Part shown: piece by piece, positions 26,422 to 40,009 of the stretch | Numbering within the stretch: position 1 is the stretch's first letter | Layout of the letters: the number at the start of each line of letters is the position of its first letter | Source of the DNA: Mobula hypostoma | Lineage: Eukaryota | Length of the DNA: 64,000 nucleotides | NCBI RefSeq assembly: GCF_963921235.1 | Contig: NC_086109.1 | Location: forward strand, 8,062,001-8,126,000 | Direction of reading: 5' to 3' | Notes under the pieces: model-generated | Databases searched by the model: none | Told to the model about the DNA's origin: nothing | What the model saw: the letters and a program-made list of their open reading frames with translations, nothing else | Position numbers and translations under genes: made by a program

Positions 26422-27294
26422 GACACAATATCTTGGGCGGAAAGGCCCGTTGTTATGTTTTGTGTAACATTTTATTCTGGATTCAGTTATTGTTTTGCCT
26501 TCTGCTAACTCAATGCACTGGTGTGATGAAATGATCTATATGGATAGTATGCAGACAGAAGTTTTCACTGTACCTCCATACATGTGACAACAATAAACCA
26601 ACTTGCCAACTATTCTTTTCTGCCTGCATATGATCAATATCACACCCACTCCCTGCATATTGATGTGTCAGTTTCTTAAACACTACTGCCATATCTACTC
26701 CATCTATCCCTCCGTCTCCTCTGCCATTCTGTACGGCTATGTCTGATACTTATCTCACCATAACTTTCCTGCACTAACGCCAGATCTTTTGGTGTACAAA
26801 AGAATCTGCATCTTGAATTTAGCACCCATAGTCCTTCTGGGAAGAAAATTCCTAAGAATCCCTGCCCTTGGGTGAAGAACTCTCTTCTCAACTCTGACCT
26901 GAATGACTAATCCCTGGTCCTAGGTGAACCAGCCAAAGGAAACTCCCTCGCTGTATTAAGTATTTTTTGAATGAAATGAAGATTCATAATTTGAACAGTT
27001 ATGTTTAAGATTGTTAATTCAGATCTGTTGCTGTAGAGAATGTTTCAGGGGATTAAGGAATGTTGTTCGCCTGCTTATCTACATTCTAACATTGAATAGA
27101 GGCTTTCAAAAGTTCAGGCCTTGAGGGTTTTCTGTCTGTGTAGATCAGAGATAAATTGTTTCTGGTAACTGCTTGTGAAATTGTTGGAGGTTAAATTTTG
27201 ACGGATGCAATGTGATGTTTGAATTCAGTTGTGCATTTTTGCTAATTACACATTTTCAAAGTTTAAAGCAAATTTATTATCAAAGTAGATGATC

Positions 27295-27580
27295 AAAGAG
27301 AGGGCACAGTTTTAAGGTGCTTGGGAGTAGGTACGGAGGAGATGTCAGGGGTAAGTTTTTTACGCAGAGAGTGGTGAGTGCGTGGAATGGGCTGCCGGCG
27401 ATGGTGGTGGAGGTGGATACAGTAGGATCTTTTAAGAGACTCCTGGATAGGTACATGGAGCTTAAAGAAAATAGAGGGCTACGGGTAACCCGAGGTAATT
27501 TCTAGAGTAAGTACATGTTTGGCACACCATTGTGGGCCGAAGGGCCTTTGTTGTGCTATAGGTTTTCTATGTTTCTATAT
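27295..27580 (+). mobile_element. CR1 LINE 3' end
   Basis: ORF 27317..27505 FFTQRVVSAWNGLPAMVVEVDTVGSFKRLLD. Confidence 0.85.
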
Positions 27581-28059
27581 ATGTTACCATATACAACCTT
27601 CAGAATGGTTTTCTTGTGGGCATACTCAATAAATCAGATAACCAATGTAGAATCAATGAAAGACCCCACCCAACAGGACAGACGACGTGTCACGAAATCT
27701 TGAGACTCTCCACTTTACACATTCTCCCTTATAGAAAAACTGCATAAGCCCAGGAAATACTCAGCAGGTCAGGCAGCGTCTGTGGGGATAAAGAAACGAT
27801 TTATGTTTTAGGTCAATGACCTCACTTCATAACTTAATTTTTCACTTGTTGAGGTTTGCTAAAGTGGTTTCACTCTCTGCAGTGTTGCCTGACTTGCAGT
27901 CTCAGTTGTTTCAAGTACTTTGCCATTTCCTTTGATCTGCAGAGCTGGTCAGGTTCACCAGCTAGTCTGTGGTATGAAAGGCAGAGACACGCATTGAGGA
28001 AATTACTGCAATGTGATCCATTGAGATTTTTTCAAAACTGAATATCAGACACAGTATGT

Positions 28060-28379
28060 GTGCATCTCTTGTTACGTTTCTCTCTTCTGTTTGTCTCTTC
28101 CCCCCCCCGCACTCTCTGTCAGTGTATTTTTATCTGTCTCCCTCTCATTCTTTTTGCCTGTGTGCTTCTCTCTTTCTGTGTCTCTCTGTCTGTCTGTTTC
28201 TTTCTCTCTCTCTCTCTGTCTCTGTCTAACTCTCTCACACTATATGTCTCTCTGTCTGTCTCTGTCTCATTGTAGCCTAATTGGCTGTGTTCTTGTTTCA
28301 GCCTACGGGTCAGGGAGCCCCAGTTCCTGAATTATCTCTCTACTCTCTCTCACTATCTGTCTGTCTCTGTGTGTCTGTG

Positions 28380-28419
<40 letters not shown>

Positions 28420-28708
28420 ACCTAATTGGCTGTGTTCTTGTTTCACCCTACGGGTCAGGGAGCCCCAGTTCCTGAATTGTCCCTGTGTGTGTGTGTGTGT
28501 CTGTCTGTCTGTCTGTCTCTCTCTCTATGTAACTCTCTCTCTATGTAATTCTCACTATCTGTGTGTGTCTCTCTTTCTCTCTCTCTCTGTCTCTCTCTAA
28601 CTCTCTCTCTCTCTCTCTCTCTCTCTATGTAACTTTCTCTCTGTATGTAACTCTCGCTCTCTCGCTCTCTCTCGCTCTCTCTCGCTCTCGCTCTCGCTCT
28701 CGCTCTCG

Positions 28709-28739
<31 letters not shown>

Positions 28740-28964
28740 ATTGGCTGTGTTCTTTCAGCCTACGGGCCAGGGAGCCCCAGTTGTCCCTCTGTGTGTGTGT
28801 CTTTGTCTCTCTCTCTCTCTCTCTCTCTATGTAACTCGCACTATCTGTGTGAGTCTTTCTCTCTCTGTCTGTCTCTCTCACTCTCTCTGTCTAACTCTCT
28901 CTGTGGCCTAATTGGTTGTGTTCTTGTTTCAGCCTACGGGTCAGGGAGCCCCAGTTCCTGAATT
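28060..28964. repeat. Compound (TC)n/(TCTG)n/(TCTCGC)n microsatellite field with four copies of a ~58-bp unit
   Basis: Unit copies at 28276-28333, 28421-28478, 28740-28782 (shortened) and 28907-28964. Confidence 0.9.
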
Positions 28965-29769
28965 GCCCCTCTGGCTGTTACTGCTGTTAGACAAGATGTG
29001 GAGACCCTGTCTTCGTGCTCAGATGCCCTTGTGTCATTGTTATGGAGCAGAAACAGAGAGATCTCTCCAGTTTCCCTGACAGAAGATAAGTTTTATTTGT
29101 CACAAGTACATCAAAGCATAAAATGTACAGTGAAACGTGTTGTATGCATCAAGTGCCAGCACAGTCAAGAGGATGTGTTGGGGGCAGCCTGCAAGCTTCA
29201 CTATTCTTCTGGCACCAATGTAGCATGCCCACAACTTACTAAGCTTGACCCGTACGCCTTTGGATGGGGCGGGGGGGGGGCGGAATTCAGAGCAACCGGG
29301 GTAAACTCACACGATCACGGGAGAACGTACAAAGCGGAATCTGAGTTATTATCACTGTCTTGAAATTTGTTATTTTACAGCAGCAGTACAGTGCGGTACA
29401 TTAAAAAAAATACTAGAAGTTACAATAGAAATGTGAAAAAACCAAGTATAAAAAGAGCAGGATTGTGAGGTGCTTTCCATGAGTTCGTGCACTGTTCAGA
29501 AACCTGACAGCAGAGCGAAAGAGGCTTTTCTTAAAACGAAGAGGGTTTGTCTTCGGGGGCCGGTACCCCCCTCTGTGATGGTGTTAGTGAGAAGAAGGCA
29601 GGCCCTGGCTGGTGAAGGTCCTTCTTTAGACACGAACTTTTGAAGATGGCATCAATGGATAGAAACTCCGATACACAGTGATCCCGGATCGCTGGTGCTC
29701 TGAAGTGCTGCCCTACCATCTGTGGCACTGTGCCACTCCCCGACATCTTTTGAATAATCTGCACCATGT

Positions 29770-30637
29770 ATCTCGGGTAATGATGGGTTTGAGTACAGAG
29801 AGGAAACTAAGAACCTGCTGGCATGGTGTGAAGACAATAACCTATCCCTCAACGTCAGCAAGACGAAGGAATTGGTTGTTGACTTCAGAAGGAGTAGCAG
29901 ACCGCATGACCCAATTTACATCGGTGGTGTGCATGTGGAACAGGTCAAAAGCTTTAAGTTCCTCAGGGTCAATATCACAAATGATCTGACTTGGTGCAAC
30001 CAAGCAGAGTTCACTGCCAAGAAGGCCCACCAGCGCATTTACTTCCTGAGAAAACTGAAGAAATTTGGCCTGTCCCCTAAAACACTCACTAATTTTTATA
30101 GATGCATTGTAGAAAGCATTCTTCTAGGGTGCATCACAACCTGATATGGAAGTTGTCCTGTCCAAGACCGGAAGAAGCTGCAGAAGATTGTGAACATGGC
30201 GCAGCACATCACACAAACCAATTTTCTGTCCTTGGACTCACTTTACACCGCACGCTGTCGGAGCAGTGCTACCAGGATAATCAAGGACACGACCCACCCA
30301 GCCAACACACTTTTCGTCCCTCTTCCCTCCGGGAGAAGGCTCAGGAGCTTGAAGACTCGTAAGGCAAGATTTGGGAACAGCTTCCTTCCAACTGTGATAA
30401 GACTGCTGAACGGATCCTGACCCGGATCTGGGCCGTACCCTCCAAATATCCGGACCTGCCTCTCGGTTTTTTTGCACTACCTTACTTTCCATTTTTATAT
30501 TTTCTATTTATGATTTATAATTTAAATTCTTAATATTTACTATTGATTTGTAATCCAGGGAGCAGGAAGCACAGAATCAAATATCGCTATGATGATCGTA
30601 CGTTCTGGTATCAATTGTTTGGCGACAATAAAGTATG
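29770..30637 (+). mobile_element. Rex1/Babar-type LINE 3' fragment, comparatively well preserved
   Basis: WCEDNNLSLNVSKTKELVVDFRR...FKFLRVNITNDLTW...FYRCIVESIL, one in-frame stop near 30142, then LPSGRRLRS and a 3' UTR ending 'caataaagta'. Confidence 0.9.
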
Positions 30638-33007
30638 TACCATTGGGAGTTGACTGCTGGCTGCCTTTCCTATGCTATTGCGGTGACTGGCCCGGTGAAG
30701 GGTCTCAGCCCCAAACATCGACTGTTTATTCCTCTCTGGACCTGCTGAATTCTTCCAGCACTTCGTGTGTGTGTGTGTGTGTGTGTGTGTGCCAGCATCT
30801 GCAGAATCTCTTCTGATTGGAATTTTCTGTTGGCTGTAAAGCTCTTTAGGGTGTTCTGTGAAAGGGATGTGACGGTTGCTATGGAAATGCAGGTCTGCCT
30901 TAATTACTGGCTGCTGACTAACGGAGGGGAGGAACTATCCTCTCACAGCTACTGCCTTGCAAACTGCGGCAGGGACTCTTCCGAAATGTTGCTAGAATTC
31001 TTGATATTGCTGACAATTTGGAAATCTCTCCCATCTGACTTGATTTATATTGGAAGGAGTGGCATAACAATGATCAATAAACTGTGGCATCCTGAAAGGC
31101 AGTTTATGCATTGCTTCAAACTGAAAGTTCCTACAAGTAGTTTGTAGTAACCATGGTGATATGTGAGCAATGCTTTGGGTATTTTATTGAACGAAGTTGT
31201 TTGCATGAGCTCTCGGAAAATGTTGAGCTAACATTGCTTCTGCCTCACAACTTAGCATCTGTTTGTAACTGAAATATATTTAATTGTTATGTCCCTTCTC
31301 ACTGCTGCCATTGGGCAGGAGGTACAGAAGCCTTAGGTCCCACACCACCAGGTGCAGGAACCATTATTACTCTTCAACCATCAGGGTCCTGAACCAGCGT
31401 GGATAACTTCACTCAACACTGAACTGGTTCCACAACCTATAGACTCACTTTCAAGGACTCTACAACTCATGTTCTCAGTATTAGTTATCTACTTATTATA
31501 AGACTGTAAGTTATAGGAGCAGAATTAGGCCAATTGGCCCATTGAGTCTTGCTCTGCCATTTTATCATGTCTGATCCATTTTCCCACTCGGCCCCAGTCT
31601 CCTGCCTTCTCTCCGTATCCCTTTAAGCCCTGACAAATCGAGAATCTATTATTGTTTGTTTTTATTTATATTTATATATATTTCTAGTATGTTTTTGCAC
31701 ACTGGTTGCTTCTCAATCTTTGTGTAGTTTTTCATTGATTACTCCTCCTGTGAATGCCTGCAAGAAAATTAATCTCAGGGTCGTACATGGTGACATCTAT
31801 TTATTTATTGATACATTGCAGATCAGACCCTTCTGGCCCTTTGAGCCGGGCCACTCCATCACCCCCTGACAAACCCGATTAACCCTAACCTAACCACGGG
31901 AGAGTTTACAATGACCAGTTAACCTCCCCAGTGCGACTTTGGACTGTGGAAGGAAACGAGAGGACCCGGAGGGAAACCCTGGCATTCCACAGGGAGGTAT
32001 AGAGCAGCGCCGGGATTGAACTCTGGACTCCGGAATGCCCCGAGCTGCGATCGCGTCGCGCTGATCGCTATGCTTCGGTGGCGCACATATACAGACTTAG
32101 TACTTTGAGCTTTAAAAGGAATGAGTGCTTGCACATCTGCTTCAGATACGTAGCACAAATCTGTCTTGCTTGCCTTTCACCAGTCTGACTGATCTTCCAG
32201 TGGAAAAAATGTTCCCTAATGGGCCCCTGTGTCCAAACCTCAGCCTTCCATGCACAGATACACAAGATTCAGTACCGAGGGAAGGCACACGAGTTGTTCG
32301 TTTGAAGAATGAAAATACTACTGCTTGAAAACAGCTCTTTGGAGGAAAGAAAAGTTCCTTCACACTGCAGCAGTTTTTGCAGGAAATCCACCCACACCCA
32401 ACCACACTGGTACCTCCCAGAATGAGAGAGTTATTCATTAAAGGACTATTTCAGAGACGTCTGTCACTACTTTTGCTAGGCGTTTTTTTTCCCCCTGAAC
32501 ATGTGTTTAACATTCCATGATGTATCATTCTCAACCCAGTCATCGGCTCTCCGAACGGATTTTAGAGCAACAATTATTGCTGTTGGGCTGAAGTAATCTT
32601 AGACCCTTCAGTTGAAGAAAATTGGCCGTGCTTTGTTTTTTAAGCTCAAGTCTCACTTCTGCTTGCGTTGGGATAGTTACATCATAAGCTCGGAACACCA
32701 CAAGATATCGGTCACCTAATCCCATCGGTTAAACTCCTGCCTCGGTTGTTGTCCAGTGTAAGTTTTTGCATTTTAAGGTCTATTTTATGTAGTAGTTTTT
32801 TTGATATATATTTGAATGATTAAGGTTACCATAACTGCTAACTTAAGGATTCAGGGTGGTCTTTGATCTGTTATTTGCAGCAGAACAGAGCCAAAGTTTC
32901 TGCATTTAATTCAGTTGACAGTGGGTTACATCTTCTTCTAAGTTTTGTGATCAAAAGTTAGTCAGCAGCCTTTCTATAAAATAAATATGTGGTGCTGTTC
33001 CTATCAC

Positions 33008-35870
33008 AAGACCATAAGACATAGCAGTAGAATTAGGCCATTCAGCCCATTGAGTCTGCTCTGCCGTTCTGTCAGGGCTGATTCTGGATCCCACTCAACC
33101 CCGTACACCTGCCTTCTCACCATAACCTTTGATGCCCTGACCGATCAGGAAACGATCAATTTTCGCTTTAAAAATACTCACGGTCTTGGCCTTCACAGCT
33201 GTCTGTGACAGAGCATTCCACAGACTCTCTACTCTCTGGCTAAAAAAAATTCCTCCTAACCTCTGTTCTAAAAGATCGCCCCTCAATTTTGAGGCTGTGC
33301 TCTCTAGTTCTAGACAGCCGCACCAGAGGAAACATCCTCTCCACATCCACCTTATCTCGTCCTTTCAACATTCGGTAGGTTTCAATGAGATCCCCCCACA
33401 TTCTTCTAAATTCCAATGAGTACAGGCCCAAAGCTGTCAAACGCTCTTCATATGTTAACCCCTTCATTCCCTGAAATCATCTTCGTGAACCTCCTCTGGA
33501 CTCTCTCATGACTGCACATCCCTTCTGAGATACGGGGCTCAAAGCTGCTCTCAATACTCCAAGTGTGGCCTGACGAGTGTCTTGTAAAGGCTCAGCATTA
33601 TCTCCTCGTTTTTATATTCTGTTCCCTTTGAAATGAACGCCAACTTTGCATTTGCCGCCTTTACCATAAACTGACTTGTAAATTGACCTTCTGGGAGTCA
33701 TGCACGAGGAATCGTAAGTTCCTTTGCACCTCTGTTTGAATTTTCTCCGCATTTAGATAATCTGCACTATTGTCCCTTTTACCAAAATGCATTATCATAC
33801 ATTTCCCAACACTGTATTCCGTCTGCCACTTTTTTCCCCATTCTTCCAATTTGTCTTAAGTCCTTCTGTAATTTCATTGCTTCCTCAGCACTACCGACCT
33901 CTCCACCTGTCTTTGTTTCATCTGTAAGCTTTGCCACAAAACTATTAATTCCATTATCCAAATCATTGACAAACAATGTGAAAAGTAGCGGTCCCAATAC
34001 TGACCCCTGAGGAATACCACTAATCAATGGCAGCCAACCAGAAAAGGCCCTCTTTATTCCTACTCGCTGCCTTCTGCCTGCCAACCAGTCCTCTACCCAT
34101 GCCAGAATCTTTCCTGTGACACTGTGGGATTTTACCTTGTTAAGCAACCTTGTGTGGCACCTTATCAAATGCCTTCTGAAAATCCTAGTAAATGACATCC
34201 ACTGCCTCTCCTTTGCCCAGCCTGCTTGTTACTTCCTCAAAGAACTCTTAACAGATTTGTCAGGCAAGATTTCCTTTTACAGAAACCATATTGACTTTCA
34301 CTTATTTTATCATTAGTCTCCAAGAACCCTGAAACATCATCGTTAATAATGGACTGAAACACTTTCCCAGCCACTGAGGTTAACTGGCCTTAATTTTCTC
34401 TCTTTTGCCTTCCTCCCTTAAGGAGAGGAGTGACATTTGCAATTTTCCAGTCCTCTGGAACTATGCCAAAATCAAGTGATTCTTGAAAGATCACAGCTGA
34501 TGCATCTGCTATCTCTTCAGCAACCTCTTTCAGAACTCTGTGATGTAGTCCACCTGGTCCAGGTGACTTATCCACCTTAAGACCTTTCAGTTTGCCTAAC
34601 ACTTTTTCCTTTGTAATAACAATGGCTCTCACTCCTGCTCCCTGACACTCACAGACCTCTGGCATGCTGCTAGTGCCTTCCACAGGGCAGACTGATGCAA
34701 AGAACTCATTAAGTTCATCCACCATTGCTACATCACCAGCATCACTTTCCAGTGGTCTCACCTTCCTTTTATTCTTTATATAACTGAAAAGAACTTTTAC
34801 TGTCCTGCTTTATATTATTGGCTAGTTTGAACTCATATTTCATCTTTTCCCTTTTGGCTATTTTAGTTGCCTTTTATTGGATTTTAAAAACTTACCAATA
34901 ACCCAACTTCCCACTCACTTTTTTCTACATTATATGCCCTTTCTTTGGCTTTTGTGCAGTCCTTAATTTCCTTTGTCAGCCACAGTTGCCTGTCCCTGCT
35001 ATTAGAGAACGACTAATTCTGTGGGACATATCTATCCTGCACCGTGTGAACTATTCCCAGAAACTTCAGCCATCTCTGCTCTGCCATCATTTCCGCCAGT
35101 ATCCCCCTCCAATCCACCTGGACAAGTTCTTCTCTTGCGCCTCTGCAATTCCCTTTATTCCATTACGATACTGATACATCTGACTTGTGCTTCTCCCTCT
35201 CAAATTGGAGTATGGGTTCAATCATTTTATGATCACTGTCTCCTCAGGGTTCCTTTACCTTAAGCTCCCTAATAAAATGTGAATTATTACACGACACCCA
35301 ATGTAAGATGGCCTTTCCCAGATAGGTTCAGGCACAAGCTGCTCTAATCAGCCATCTTGTAGGCATTCGACAAATTCCCTCTCTTACGAGATGACACCAA
35401 CCTGATTTTCCAAATCCCCTTGCATGTTGAAGTCCCCCACTACAATTGTGACCTTACCCTTATTACTTGCCCTTTCTAGCTCCCTTTGCGATCTCAGCCC
35501 CACATCTTAAACTGCTGTTTGAAGGCCTATATATGATTCCTATCAGAATTTTTTACCCTTGCAGTTTAACTCCACTCACAAAGATTCGACATTCTCTGAC
35601 CCTATGTCACCTCTTTCTGAAGATGTAGTTCCATCTCTTACCAGCAGAGCCACGCCACTGTCTGTGCCTTCCTGCCTGTCCTTTTGATGTAAAGTATATC
35701 CTTTGATATTAAGCTCCCAACTATGACCTGCTTTCAGCCATGTCTCAGTGATGCCCGCATCATCGTACTGACCAATCTCTAATTACACCACCAGTTCACC
35801 CACCTTGTTCTGAATACTCTGTGTATTTAAACACAGCACCTTCAGTCCTACATTCTTCGCCCTTCTGACT
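33008..35870 (-). mobile_element. CR1 LINE, decayed near-full ORF2 (endonuclease + RT) and 3' tail
   Basis: KSPGPGGLHHRVLKE...PEDWKIANVTPL (34390..34761), GIPQGSVLGPLLF (33779..34198) and YEERLTALGLYSLE (33240..33467). An endonuclease-start-like LKVLCLNTQSI lies at ~35810-35850. Confidence 0.92.
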
Positions 35871-37199
35871 CTTTGGTTGCTAAACCTAATCCCATAATGT
35901 TCTAATCCAGATTTTGTTGATGGTGACTGAGATAGTGGCTATTTTTAAGACCACTTACTCTTGCTGTAGCCTCTTAAACTGTGCTGTTCGATGTTGAATT
36001 TTGTGGAGGTGTACATCCCTGTTCGGGATCAAGTTAGAAGATTAAGGGAAGGATGATTAGTCTATGTATATGTATATAGGCTAATTTTACAGAGTCATAG
36101 AAAAGTTCAGCACAGAAACAAGTCGTTCGGCCCATCTAGTCTGTGTCAAACCATTTAAACTGCCTCATCCCATCAACCTTCACTCAGACCATAGCCCTCC
36201 AACCACCTTCCATCCACGTCCCTATCCAAGCTTATCTTAAATGTTGAAATCAAGCTCGCAAGCACCACTTGCTCTGGCAGTTCATTCCACACACTCTCGT
36301 GTATTTATTATGTTTTTAAAATTGTGTTCTTTATGCTGCATTCAAATTTCAAAGTAACTTTATTATCAAAGCACTGTACATATATGTCACTATGTACAAC
36401 CCCGAGGTTCATTTTTTGCAGAGCTTCACAGTAGATGCAAAGAAACACAATAAAATCATGAAAAACTATACCCAAAAATAGACAACCAATATGCAATAGA
36501 AGACAAACCATTCAAATACAAAAAAAACTAGTATTAATAATCAATAAATAATATTGAGAACTTGAGTTGCTAAGTTCTTGAAACTGAGTCTGTAGTTTGT
36601 GCAAGCAGTTCACAGTTGAGGTGAGTGAAGTTATCCACACTGGTTCAGGAGCCTGATAGTTGAAGGACAATAACTTTTCCTGAACGTGGTGGTGGGGAAC
36701 CTGAGGCTCCCCCACCTCCTTCCCGATGGCAGCATCAAGAAGAGAGCCTGGCCTGGATGGTAGATCCAGAGTTCTGCTTTACACTTGTCTGTTGATGAAT
36801 GACAATAAACCATTTTGAATCTTGAATAGCTGAAATCAGTGATGTTTTTGGCAAACTCTTTTGTTTTATTTTCTAAGTGTTATTGGAGATGCGTTTGGGT
36901 CTGGTAGTAGTTAGTGGGTGTAACATTGGCAGTGAGCAACAGTGAGGTTGAACAGTTCCTCCTTCATTATCAGCACACTGCCTCATCACCACTCAGTGTT
37001 GTGTGACCTCTCCGTGGCCATGAATCATAATGTTTGTCCAGATAATAGCAAGCATTGCCAAATTTGTACAAAAATTGTTGCTGCTGTTTCACTTATGTCC
37101 ATAGTTATGAGTTGAATTATGTTTTGTTGTTTTCTTTCTGATTCAATATCACTGTTTCTGTTTGATCTGACCACGTGGCACAATACCCTGTGCGTGGTA

Positions 37200-37560
37200 C
37201 CTCATGTGCCGTGTCTTATGACGTGGGCGATCATGATCTTTCCATGACCATGGTTGTTCTTGGCAATTTTTTTCTACAGAAATGGTTTGCCATTGCCGCC
37301 TTCTGGGCAGTGTCTTTGCAAGACAGGTGACCCCAGCCATTATCAGTACTCTGCAGAGATTGTCTGCCTGGTATCAGCGGTCGCATAACCAGGACTTGTG
37401 ATATGCACCAAATGCTTGTGCGACCATCCAGCACCTGCTCCCGTGATTTCACGTGACCCTGATTGGGGGGTGGGGCTAAACAGGTGCCCAAGGGTGACCT
37501 GCAGGCTAGCGGAGGGAAGGAGCACCCTACACCTCCTTTGGTAGAGACGTGTTGCCACCA
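37200..37560 (-). mobile_element. SINE-like element with RTE-like tail
   Basis: Reverse complement of the 1230/23185 family. Confidence 0.7.
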
Positions 37561-37614
37561 TGCCTCTTCAGTACATGTGAGAAGAACAAACCAATTATCT
37601 ATGGTTGGCTTGCA

Positions 37615-38071
37615 TGTCACGGCCCTGGTTTCTAGTTCCGGATGCCCTGGGGGGTTGAGGGGGGTGTGGTTATAAGAATAGCACGTGCAAGAGACTCGGT
37701 CTTTTTCCTTTGTCTCCCAGTCTCCAGGACCTGCTTTAGTCTGTTGTTGTGACCAGCACTGAAGGACCACTGGGAAAGAGTGTTGTGGACATAGACTGCC
37801 CCTCCCAATATGTGTTTAGTTAAGTATTCATTTGTAATATGCTTAATTCTTTAGTTTTATAACTAGGGAGATTTAATGGGTTACCTGTTAAGTTAGAGGT
37901 TGACTGAATATCCAGTATTGTAGTTTTGTGTAGTTTAAACAAACACTTGTTTAGCTTAACACCCAGTTTAGAAGTTCACTGTTCATTTATAGATACTCAT
38001 TCGATGTGCCCATTCGCAACATGCATCTTCGGTTTCACTTCTTGGCTCCTCAAGCCTGCCTCCACGTTACA
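37615..38071 (+). mobile_element. Possible Gypsy-type solo LTR
   Basis: TGTCACG...CGTTACA termini and a TATA-like 'ttataaga' at ~37670. No TSD found. Confidence 0.45.
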
Positions 38072-40009
38072 GGACCGTGAAATGTCCTTAGTGAGTAGGA
38101 TTAAGGAGAATCCCAAGGCATTTTATACTTTCATTAAAACCATGTGGATAGCCAGAGAGAGGGTGGCACCACTCAGTGACTGAGTTCTTCCTGTAGTCTG
38201 CGTGTGTGCTTCTCAAGATTTCCAGCATTTGCTGAATCTCTTGTTTTGAAGTAAGGAATTTTTGCATGGAGCCAGAGGAGGTAGGGAAGGTCTTAAATAA
38301 AGATTCAGCCTTGGTATTCATCATGGAGATGGTGTCAAGGTGGGCAATAATGATAACACTGAGGGGTATGTTGAAATTCGAGGGCGTCTTGTTACTGAGG
38401 AGGAGAAGGTGGTATTGGATCGTCAGGAAAAACATTAAAATCGATGGCCAGTAGCTCTCTGAAAATGGCTGCCCATGTTGATAGGATGGTAAAGGGGACA
38501 TATGGCACCCTTGCCCTTATTATTTGAGCCACTGAGCACTGGGGGTTGAGGGGGAGGATGTAAAATTGAGACTTCTTATTTGGAGGACGTAAATGCCAAA
38601 TACTAGGGGGCATAGCTTTAAAGTGAGAGATGGAAAGTTTAAAGGAGATGAGAGGTGAATATTGTTTTTTTAAGAGTGGTGGTTGTCCTGAACGCACTGC
38701 CAAAGCAAGTGATGGAAGCAAAATTTCAAAGTAAGTTTTATTACCAAAGAACATGGATGTCACCATATACAGCCCTAAGATTTGTTTTCTTGTGGGCATA
38801 CTCAATAAATCTATGGAGTAATAACTATAACAGAATCAATGAAAGACTGTCCAACTAGGGTGTTCAACCAGAGTGGAGAACTGTACAAATCCAAATGTAC
38901 ATAAATAGCAACAGATATCAAGAACATGTCTGGGAACAGGTTCTGGGAACAGTTTAGTGATGGGGCAAGTGAAGTTGAGTGAGGTTATCCCCTCTGGTTC
39001 AAGAGCCTGATGGTTGAGGGGTAGTAACTATTCCTGAACCTAGTGATGTGAGTCCTGAGGCTCTTGTATCTTCTTCCTGATGGCAGCAGCAAGAAGAGAG
39101 TATGTCCTGGGTGGTGGGGATCTCTGAAGATGGATGCTGCTTTCCTACGACAGCATTTCATGTAGATGTGTTCGGTGGTGGGGAAGGCTTTACCGGTGAA
39201 GGACTGGGCCAGATCCACTACTTTTTGTAGGATTTCTGTTCAAGGGCGTTGATGATATGATAGCAGCAATTGAGGCATTTGGAGAGATACATGACCAGAC
39301 AGGGAATAGACTGAGGGAAATGGATTGTTTACAGACAGCTGGGGTTGGTTTAATTTAGCATCATGGTTGACACAAACACTGTGGGCCAAATAACCTGTTC
39401 CTGTGCTGAGCTAGCCTGTATTCATGTAATTTAGGATTATTATAGCATTCTTTGAAAGTTATACCAAGGCTTTTCTTTGAGAAATTATATCTTTTGGCCA
39501 AAAGGGTTCTAATTTTAAAATGGAGCACTGCTTTAGGATGAGGTGACATTTTAAAAATAATCTGAGTTCTGGACACGTCCAAGAGTAATTTTTAAAAACA
39601 AACATGAATTTTCTTGAGAATGTGCCATCATGTTTATTGCCAACAAGAAGTACACTACTGGAGGAACCCAGTGGCTCAGCATTTTGGGATCGGACCCTGC
39701 ATCCTGCTCGTTCCAAGATGAAGTTTATCTTTATTTGTCAAGTGTATGTTGAAACATGCGGTGAAATGAATTGTTTGTGCCAACGACCAACACAGTCCAT
39801 GAATGTGCTGGGGGCAGCCCACAAGTGTCACTGTGTTTCCAGCGCCAACGTAGCATGTCCACAACTTAACCTGGACACCTTTGGAATGTGGGAGGAATCC
39901 AGAGCTCCTAGAGGTCATGGGGAGAACAAACAGGCATGAGTGGGAATCGAACCTGGGCCGCTAGCGCTGTAAAAGTGTTATGCTAACTGCTGCACTACCG
40001 CGCCGCCCT

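Noticed and set aside
28276..28964. CRISPR-like repeat-spacer array
   Set aside because: Spacers are microsatellites of very unequal length, the repeats are too long, there are no cas genes, and the context is vertebrate.
32540..32725. 61-aa minus-strand ORF (MGLGDRYLVVFRAYD…)
   Set aside because: No recognisable homology, an in-frame stop just upstream, and a length expected by chance.
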